From assembly GCA_902520595.1 (NCBI GenBank), contig CABYOM010000002.1:434-64433 (forward strand): a stretch of DNA of 64,000 bases, in the 5' to 3' direction. Source of the stretch: an uncultured Candidatus Poseidoniales archaeon (GTDB lineage Archaea; Thermoplasmatota; Poseidoniia; Poseidoniales; Poseidoniaceae). Positions 57,449 to 64,000 of this stretch are shown here, piece by piece. The notes below the pieces were generated by a model. It saw only the letters and a list, made by a program, of their open reading frames with translations, was not told where the DNA came from and searched no databases. Positions within the stretch are counted from its first letter, which is position 1. Each line of letters starts with the position of its first letter. Made by a program: the position numbers and the translations under genes.

Positions 57449-57744
57449 GTGAAGATATGGAGCACGTCACCCGTGAAAGGGTTGAGAAATACTTGGACAT
57501 TACTCGCCGGGCTCGTAAAAAGGCCACTCCATTAACTCAAGAGGGATCTGAACAAGCACAACACTTGGCGACCATGATGCGAATGGCAGATGATTACGCT
57601 TCTGACGCTGCCCATTTTCTCTCAATAGGTGACCATGTTCGAGCTTTTGGCGCCATCAACTATGCACATGCATGGATTGATGCTGGCGTAAAAATAGGTC
57701 TTTTAGACGGTCACGGGGATGATGTTCTTTTTACTCTGCCGTAA
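57445..57744 (+). CDS. DUF357 family protein
   Basis: YASDAAHFL..GDHVRAFGAINYAHAWIDAG. Confidence 0.88.
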   Translation: MSEDMEHVTRERVEKYLDITRRARKKATPLTQEGSEQAQHLATMMRMADDYASDAAHFLSIGDHVRAFGAINYAHAWIDAGVKIGLLDGHGDDVLFTLP

Positions 57745-57767
57745 TTCTAGACCCGCTAGTATCTTTT

Positions 57768-58151
57768 CTATAGAGGTTCAACCAGTTCAAGACGCTGATT
57801 TTTACTGACTTCAAGTATTGGCAGACCCTGCTGGTAAAATCGGCGTTTCAGTTCAACATCCACAGTAAGCACAGGCAGTGATTGCTCGACTGCTAACTCA
57901 AATATTTGATCATCTGGATGATCTGAATTATCTGTGAGAGGTCGAACAGGTTGTGATTTTTGCTCCAGAAGCGACAGCAAGAGATTCTTGCTTCTCGGTC
58001 GTTGTTGATTGAGACTTTCTAATTCATCCCGAACACTGTCAAGCAAGAGCATTTGAGCAGGTCCATACACTCGTGAAAGTTCAGTATCGATATTCATGCC
58101 TGAATCAATGATTGCAACCCATCCACAGGCGTCAATCAGTATTTGTTGCAC
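57768..58151 (-). CDS. PIN-domain protein (Fcf1/Utp24-like)
   Basis: ILIDAC, VRDELE, PDDQI, VLTVDVELKRR; follows aIF2-gamma as in many archaea. Confidence 0.85.
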   Translation of the reverse strand: MQQILIDACGWVAIIDSGMNIDTELSRVYGPAQMLLLDSVRDELESLNQQRPRSKNLLLSLLEQKSQPVRPLTDNSDHPDDQIFELAVEQSLPVLTVDVELKRRFYQQGLPILEVSKNQRLELVEPL

Positions 58152-58178
58152 TCCACATCACCTTGAATGGCTCGATGT

Positions 58179-59417
58179 TCACTGAATTGTTCCGTAGCCA
58201 ATGAGTCGCCATCGTGAGCCAACTCGTCGAGAAAGAGAGACCCGCTGGCCAGTGTCTGCACAGATAGGGAGTCGCAAATCGAGTGTAGCTCTGCCTTTCT
58301 CTGAGTTCTTTGTAACGCCAACAGAGGTTGCAGTAGCCACGTTAATCATCAACATCTCATTGTTTCGCAAAGGATAGATTTTCTCAGGTTCTTCACCTTC
58401 TCCGGCAACCATGTTCTCCATCAGTTTGACTTCAACAGAAACAGAATGTCTGACTTCTGGCAAATCGCCTTTTCGAGCGACGACTTGACCTGAGAGATTG
58501 TCTGCAGTCGTGATTGATGGGTCCAGCATTGTAGCCATTCCACACAATCCGCCTGAATGCATTGATTCAAGATCGAGGCCACCACCTTTCATGCTGCTAA
58601 CTGTTGCTTCAATCGGCTCCCATATTGCCTTTGAGCCCTTTTCGATTTTTCTTCCAGGGCCAATAATGATTTCATCACCAACATCGAAGTTCCCTTCAAT
58701 GATGCTTCCACCGATAACGCCTCCACGTAATTTTGCTGGGCGTGTCCCTGGACGATTGATGTCGAACGAACGAGCAACGTGCATAATTGAACGCTTATCC
58801 TTTGAGCGGTCAGGTGTTGGAATTGTTTTCTCAATAGCATCGATGAGGATGTCCAAATTAACATCGTGATGTGCTGAGACTGGAATAATCGGCGCTTTGT
58901 CTGCAATTGTTCCTTCGAGGAATGTCTTGATTTCAGCATGAGATTCAAGCGCACGTTCTTTCGTGACCAGATCTATTTTGTTCTGAACGATAACGATGTT
59001 TTCGATACCAGCAATTTCCAGTGCCATAAGGTGTTCACGAGTTTGGGGTTGCGGGCAAGTTTCGTTCGCTGCTACCATGAGCATAGCGCCGTCCATAATC
59101 GAAGCACCCGTGATCATAATTGCCATCAGTGTTTCGTGACCGGGAGCATCAACAAATGAAATGACTCTTTCCAGTTCCTTTGGTTCGTCGTCTTTGCCGT
59201 CAGGATGACGTCCAGTGGCGTAGTATTGACCTTTTTTTGTCTTGTAGAAAGCGGTGTCGGCGTATCCAAGTTTGATAGAAATACCACGCTTTCTTTCTTC
59301 AGAGTGTGTGTCGGTCCAAACTCCAGAAAGAGCCTGAGTGAGTGTTGTTTTACCGTGGTCGACGTGACCAACTAAACCGATGTTGATTTCAGGTTGTGCC
59401 GGAAGCTTTCGTGCCAT
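58179..59417 (-). CDS. eif2g: Translation initiation factor 2 subunit gamma
   Basis: GHVDHGKTT, EERKRGISIKLGY, DAPGHE, QNKID, RWRLIGYG. Confidence 0.98.
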   Translation of the reverse strand: MARKLPAQPEINIGLVGHVDHGKTTLTQALSGVWTDTHSEERKRGISIKLGYADTAFYKTKKGQYYATGRHPDGKDDEPKELERVISFVDAPGHETLMAIMITGASIMDGAMLMVAANETCPQPQTREHLMALEIAGIENIVIVQNKIDLVTKERALESHAEIKTFLEGTIADKAPIIPVSAHHDVNLDILIDAIEKTIPTPDRSKDKRSIMHVARSFDINRPGTRPAKLRGGVIGGSIIEGNFDVGDEIIIGPGRKIEKGSKAIWEPIEATVSSMKGGGLDLESMHSGGLCGMATMLDPSITTADNLSGQVVARKGDLPEVRHSVSVEVKLMENMVAGEGEEPEKIYPLRNNEMLMINVATATSVGVTKNSEKGRATLDLRLPICADTGQRVSLSRRVGSRWRLIGYGTIQ

Positions 59418-59455
59418 GCTTCCTCACTCCTTTACTACGAAAACCCTCTCGGGAT

Positions 59456-59947
59456 TCACTCCGACGATTCCTCGCTTCCTGATGCAAGGAGGTCACCGAG
59501 AGACTTTTTGCCAGCCTCGATAACCTTGAGATTGATTTGCCGTGTGTCTTGACTGATGGTGTTTCCACGGAAGTAACGTCGCTTTCGTAGGCCATCAGGC
59601 TTGTAACGGAAGCGCTTCTTTTCTCCACCCTTGTTCTTGAACACGAGACTGTGTCCTTTGAATCCAGTTGAACGAGTGACCAAAATGGCTTGTCGGCGGC
59701 CACCTTCAAGGTCTCGGCGAAGAGGTGTTCCTGTTTTGTCGGAGCCACCGGTGATTTCGAGTTTGAAACCAGAGAGTGTTTGTTCACCCTCACCAACAAA
59801 GATTCCATCGACGGTATCGCCGATTTTCTTACCCAATAATTGAGCGTGATTGTTTCCACTAATTTTGAGTGAATATGACTTACCGCCGTTTTTCGGGTCG
59901 GTATCATTCACTACAGCGACGAATTCTCCTTGTTGTCCAACAGCCAT
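59456..59947 (-). CDS. rps6e: 30S ribosomal protein S6e
   Basis: GKKIGD, LEITGGSDKTGTP, GLRKRRYFRGNTIS, QINLK. Confidence 0.95.
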   Translation of the reverse strand: MAVGQQGEFVAVVNDTDPKNGGKSYSLKISGNNHAQLLGKKIGDTVDGIFVGEGEQTLSGFKLEITGGSDKTGTPLRRDLEGGRRQAILVTRSTGFKGHSLVFKNKGGEKKRFRYKPDGLRKRRYFRGNTISQDTRQINLKVIEAGKKSLGDLLASGSEESSE

Positions 59948-60023
59948 GATATCACTTCTAGAACGACCTTCCGACCATCGTCGTCTATTTAGCCCCACCG
60001 TTTGTTCCGAAACGAGAAATCAG

Positions 60024-61223
60024 TCAGTGAAACTTCTTTTTCAGCAACATTTCAAGCCGACTTGCGAGGTCTTTTGGAAGATAATGTGGCATACTCAGGT
60101 GTGTTGTCCTTCCTCTTCCGCCGGTAATTGTAGCGACTCTTGAGGCGATAATTTGGCGTTCTTCAAATTCTTTTAGATATTTCCAAACCGTTGTATGGCT
60201 CTTCATTTTCTGCTCATATTCTTCACAGACAACGGCATAAAGTTGCTCGACATCTCCGGTGGTCATCGATTCCTGCTTTGACAATCTCCGGCATAAGCAG
60301 AGCAACACCAACATCGCGTTTGGGTTGAGGTCATCAATGTGTTCAAGGTTGCTTCCTGCTGTTGTTGGGGAGTTTTCCAGCGGGACATGAATATCTTCAA
60401 CGGTGAGCCTGCGTTCACTGTGGTCATCTTGCCGAAATTCACAACGTTCAACAGCGGCGTTCAGCAATTCAATCACTCTTCGTGCATCGCCTGTTGGGGC
60501 GGCTTTTTCTGAGAGTAGACGGATGATTTCTGGCGTCCACGTTCCTGGGACCAAACCATCGATTGCTCGTTGCGTAGCAATGGCCTCAAGTCCTTCGGTT
60601 GTGTATGGTGGTATGCGAAGGTGATTTGTACTTCCCATTCGAGATATAACGGCTGTTTCAAGAACATCCAGAACTTGTTCTTGGCTGATGAGAATAAGCG
60701 ACAGCGTTCCTTTACCGCTTTGGTCTTCATCAATACGAAGCAATTGGTAAAGCAAGTCATCACCCGAACGACGGAGCATGTGATCAACCTCGTCAAGAAC
60801 GACAATCAGGTGAGATGTTTCCTTTCGTAGGATCCGCCTCAGGCTCATCAATAATTCACCCATCGACAGTCCCCGGTCTGGATGTCCCGGTGCTAATTCA
60901 TGCAAAATACGCTGAACAACTCGCATACTTGTTGAAGCATTACGGCAGTTGACGTGGACTGAACGAATGTTACGCTTCTTTGCCAAGTGGCGTTCAATGT
61001 CACGGCAGAAGGTTCGTGCAAGCACCGTTTTACCAGAACCAACGGGCCCAGTAATGACGACTCTTCCAGCTCCTTCAGGCAAGTGTAAGGTCGTGAATTT
61101 AGCCGCTAATTCGTTTTGTACCTCTTCACGTCCAACAATTTCTTTTGGGATGTAATCAAAATTGAACACATCTGGATTTGCAAGAACCCATCCAGCGCCA
61201 ATTCGGTCGAGGTAGTTACTCAT
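60024..61223 (-). CDS. cdc6: Cdc6/Orc1 replication initiator
   Basis: FDYIPKEIVGRE, GPVGSGKT, HVNC, VVLDEVD, GDARRVIELL, C-terminal winged helix GGRGRTT. Confidence 0.93.
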   Translation of the reverse strand: MSNYLDRIGAGWVLANPDVFNFDYIPKEIVGREEVQNELAAKFTTLHLPEGAGRVVITGPVGSGKTVLARTFCRDIERHLAKKRNIRSVHVNCRNASTSMRVVQRILHELAPGHPDRGLSMGELLMSLRRILRKETSHLIVVLDEVDHMLRRSGDDLLYQLLRIDEDQSGKGTLSLILISQEQVLDVLETAVISRMGSTNHLRIPPYTTEGLEAIATQRAIDGLVPGTWTPEIIRLLSEKAAPTGDARRVIELLNAAVERCEFRQDDHSERRLTVEDIHVPLENSPTTAGSNLEHIDDLNPNAMLVLLCLCRRLSKQESMTTGDVEQLYAVVCEEYEQKMKSHTTVWKYLKEFEERQIIASRVATITGGRGRTTHLSMPHYLPKDLASRLEMLLKKKFH

Positions 61224-61311
61224 AACATCGGAAGGCTTACGCCAACCGTTATTGAACATACGGTTTCATCAAGGTCAAAATAACGCAAATTTTGAGGGAA
61301 CGAAAGTCATC

Positions 61312-62421
61312 TCAAGGGATTTCATCAAATTGATATCCTGTTTCCCATTTCTTTTCACCAAGAGCGACTTCAAGCTCGAACGGCGTGATGAGAGGTTTTT
61401 GATAGCGAACCGCATCGTCAATCGCAATACGAGGACACGCCGTATTGACAAACGCATCAACGGGGTAGAAGTCAATCAATTCAGGACCGACGTGTTCCAA
61501 TGCGAGCAAGTAGCCTTTTTTGCCATGCTTTTCGAGAATCCTCTTCATTCGTAGTGCGAGGCTGCGTCGCATTTGTCCTGGCTTTTCTCCAATCAGTATG
61601 CCAAAGCGTTCTGCTTCCCCGCATGCCATGATCAAGCCAAATCGCTGTCGTAGAATGCGCTCAATACGTTCAAGTGACATCTCTTCAGCATCTCCTGTAT
61701 AAGGGTCAAGCATGGCCAGTGGCTTCCCAGTATGAAGTACTAAGCCAATCGGATGGAAATCACCAGAACCGAGGAATAAGTAGTGGCCAATAGAGTCATC
61801 ATCACCAGAATAATTGCAACCGAGCACTTGTCCTGGGAACGATAGTCGAGCGCCGCCAATCGGGATTTCGACTTCATATCCAGCCGCTTCTAAGCGGTCA
61901 TGGAATTCAGGGAGGAGGTGCAGGTGCTGAATTGAACCAACTAACCCGAGTTTTGTGCCTGTCAAAGGTGCAAGACGGCCAACTGCATCCATAAATCGGT
62001 CTTGTGCTTCTTCTTCTGAAAGTTCTTCAGCCGCCGGTTGATTTTCCATTCTTTGTCGAGCCATGGCTCTGTGTTTTTGTAAAAAGGGAAGAATCGGTTT
62101 TAATTGAGGGTCCCCATCATAAGTCACGTCAATGAATTGTGTCGGCATACCGGAATCGATGTTCATCTGTGAGTGACCCATGTGAGCGACCAATTCGACA
62201 CCCATCATTCCCATTTTGTCATGAACCAAATCACATGCCCCATAACACGGGTCTGCAGCTAAGATGACTTTCGCACTTGTCTCAGTTTCAATAACATCCA
62301 TCATTTCAAGGGCTTGCATCTTCAAACCTTCAGGGACTTGAAGGGCAACTAAGCGGTTATCATTGGCTTGAATCCGCTCCATTAACTCCGCGAGTTGGAA
62401 GTCGTGACGGGTTAAGTCCAT
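61312..62421 (-). CDS. dph2: Diphthamide biosynthesis enzyme Dph2
   Basis: LQVPEGLK, PCYGACD, GQVLGC, NTACPRI (three Fe-S Cys). Confidence 0.95.
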   Translation of the reverse strand: MDLTRHDFQLAELMERIQANDNRLVALQVPEGLKMQALEMMDVIETETSAKVILAADPCYGACDLVHDKMGMMGVELVAHMGHSQMNIDSGMPTQFIDVTYDGDPQLKPILPFLQKHRAMARQRMENQPAAEELSEEEAQDRFMDAVGRLAPLTGTKLGLVGSIQHLHLLPEFHDRLEAAGYEVEIPIGGARLSFPGQVLGCNYSGDDDSIGHYLFLGSGDFHPIGLVLHTGKPLAMLDPYTGDAEEMSLERIERILRQRFGLIMACGEAERFGILIGEKPGQMRRSLALRMKRILEKHGKKGYLLALEHVGPELIDFYPVDAFVNTACPRIAIDDAVRYQKPLITPFELEVALGEKKWETGYQFDEIP

Positions 62422-62480
62422 GGTAGTCCCCGAGTAGAGGGGGTACGCCCCCCCCTCATCAATCCACCCTTTCGAGAAAT

Positions 62481-63059
62481 CTATTCTTTATCGAGTAAAA
62501 TGATGCGGTCGCCATCCATTTCCAAGCGAACAAGTGATTCAATAATCACGTCAGGATATTCAGTTTGTAATTTTGCTAATCCTGGTCCTTTTTCGACCAC
62601 TGCGATGATGTGGGTGACTTCAGCATCGGTCCTGCGGACGCCTTCAATCACGGCTTTGAGCGTCCCTCCAGTCGAGAGGACATCATCGACAATCACGACT
62701 TTTTCACCGGGTTTGATGTCATTGAGATACATTTCTCCTTTAGAGTATCCAGTTTCCTGCCCAATGATAACTTCCCCTTCAAGGCCATAGGATCGCTTTC
62801 GGGCGATGATCAATGGAATTCCTACTCGAACACTCAAGGGTGCGGTGAGTGGCAACCCCATCGCTTCTATTCCGAGTATGAGGTCAACATTTTCCCAGTC
62901 AATTGCCGTTTGGCACAAATCGGTTACGGATTTGAGCACCAGGGGGTCAAGACGAGGGACGCCATCGGTGATTGGGTGGATGAAATAGGGATAATCACCC
63001 TTCCAAATCACAGGAGCATTACGCAGGCTCTCTCGAAGTCGATGCATGGCATCCGTCAT
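62481..63059 (-). CDS. hpt: Archaeal hypoxanthine/guanine (purine) phosphoribosyltransferase
   Basis: YPYFIHPITDGVP, EAMGLP, IARKR, TGYSKG, IVDDVLSTGGT. Confidence 0.9.
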   Translation of the reverse strand: MTDAMHRLRESLRNAPVIWKGDYPYFIHPITDGVPRLDPLVLKSVTDLCQTAIDWENVDLILGIEAMGLPLTAPLSVRVGIPLIIARKRSYGLEGEVIIGQETGYSKGEMYLNDIKPGEKVVIVDDVLSTGGTLKAVIEGVRRTDAEVTHIIAVVEKGPGLAKLQTEYPDVIIESLVRLEMDGDRIILLDKE

Positions 63060-63095
63060 AGCAAAGCGTCGAGGGTGACGGAGTATGACCTTTGC

Positions 63096-63497
63096 TCAAA
63101 GTTCAGCAAGGAATTCGACATACTCATCAGGGTCCAGGAGGTTCTCAAGGTCCATTTCATGAGGTTCGATAATGATAATCCATCCATGGTCATAGGCGGA
63201 ATCGTTGACCAAATCAGGGTTGATTTCAACTTCACCGTTGACTTCGGCGATGATACCTGAGTATTGTGAAGGGAAAGCAACTTTTTCTTGTGCAGTCCAG
63301 ATCGAGAACATGTCTCGTCCTTCATCGATTTCATATTCTGCTTGAGGTAGGATGACTCGTAATACTTCGCCAATTTCAACAGCAAGATATTCACTCACTC
63401 CAATCATCAATCGTTCATCTTTCTCTTGATACCACAGGTGGTCACGAGAATATTTCCTGTTATGGGCTATGCTGAATTCTACCACTTCTTCGTCCAT
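63096..63497 (-). CDS. Glycine cleavage H-like protein lacking the canonical lipoyl-lysine
   Basis: YSRDHLW, IGVSEY, SGIIAEVN, PDLVNDSAYDHGWI; WTAQ in place of ESVK. Confidence 0.82.
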   Translation of the reverse strand: MDEEVVEFSIAHNRKYSRDHLWYQEKDERLMIGVSEYLAVEIGEVLRVILPQAEYEIDEGRDMFSIWTAQEKVAFPSQYSGIIAEVNGEVEINPDLVNDSAYDHGWIIIIEPHEMDLENLLDPDEYVEFLAEL

Positions 63498-63618
63498 GGT
63501 TTGACTCCCTTAAACCGCCCCAAACACCATTGTATATCAAATTGAGGCAGAATCAACCTCCAATTAAAAACGACAAACGGGTTAAGTGAGTCGGCGTTTT
63601 AGCACCCTTTGGTCGCCT

Positions 63619-64000
63619 ATGGATTATGCCGAAACCGATGAACAGCAAATGATTCGAGAACTCGTCCGCGATTTTGCTGAAAGTGTCTTGGCACCGACCG
63701 TTGAGCATCGTGACGAAAACCAAATCGCCCCTTCCGCTGAATGGGAACAATTCCTCGAATACGGGCTTCAAGGAGTCACGATTCCTGAACAATATGGAGG
63801 TTCTCCAATCGATGATGTTTCTGAATCGATTATCGTGGAAGAATTAGCACGAGTTGACCCATCGTTTGCCGTTATGTATTGCGTTCATGTAGGACTGTGT
63901 GCTAAAACGATTGCACTGCACGGAAATGACTCACAAAAAGAACAGTATTTGACGCGTCTTGCAGCTGGCGAAGTTGGCGCTTATTCACTTTCAGAAGCCG
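63619..64000 (+). CDS. Acyl-CoA dehydrogenase, truncated at the window end
   Basis: Own translation: MDYAETDEQQMIRELVRDFA...IPEQYGGS...EELARVD...QKEQYLTRLAAGEVGAYSLSEA. Confidence 0.92.
   Translation, partial: MDYAETDEQQMIRELVRDFAESVLAPTVEHRDENQIAPSAEWEQFLEYGLQGVTIPEQYGGSPIDDVSESIIVEELARVDPSFAVMYCVHVGLCAKTIALHGNDSQKEQYLTRLAAGEVGAYSLSEA

Noticed and set aside
59948-61311. Replication origin with ORB boxes flanking cdc6
   Set aside because: Flanking gaps are under 100 bp with no repeated ORB or AT-rich unwinding element; one weak GGAACAAACGGTGGGG resemblance is insufficient.
62610-63260. 216-aa plus-strand ORF
   Set aside because: Antisense to hpt and the gcvH-like gene, with no recognisable protein features.

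Overview
Gene-dense archaeal chromosomal segment, most consistent with Marine Group II Euryarchaeota (Ca. Poseidoniales, Thermoplasmatota). This is inferred from archaeal markers (aIF2-gamma, rpS6e, Rpo6, Cdc6/Orc1, Dph2, PurP, archaeal DKFP-type shikimate genes, A-type ATP synthase) together with aerobic heterotroph genes (ctaA/ctaB, TDO, acyl-CoA dehydrogenase) and GGTGA/GAGGTG ribosome-binding sites. Contents in order: hcrCAB-like molybdoenzyme, DUF4350-MoxR-DUF58 operon, aromatic amino acid cluster, an EF-hand membrane protein, heme A/O synthases, tRNA-Ser(GCT), large surface proteins, a triad of KaiC-like ATPases, a full atpHIKECFABD operon, smc-scpA-scpB, class II HMG-CoA reductase, an orphan AAA+/winged-helix gene behind a TAACGC repeat array, and translation/replication genes. 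No transposase, integrase, CRISPR array or rRNA was seen. The most striking observation is a canonical two-EF-hand (calmodulin-lobe-like) module, flanked by His-rich linkers, inserted in frame into the stator subunit I of the ATP synthase, suggesting a Ca2+-responsive archaeal ATP synthase. All functional calls come from motif recognition by eye; no database search was run.
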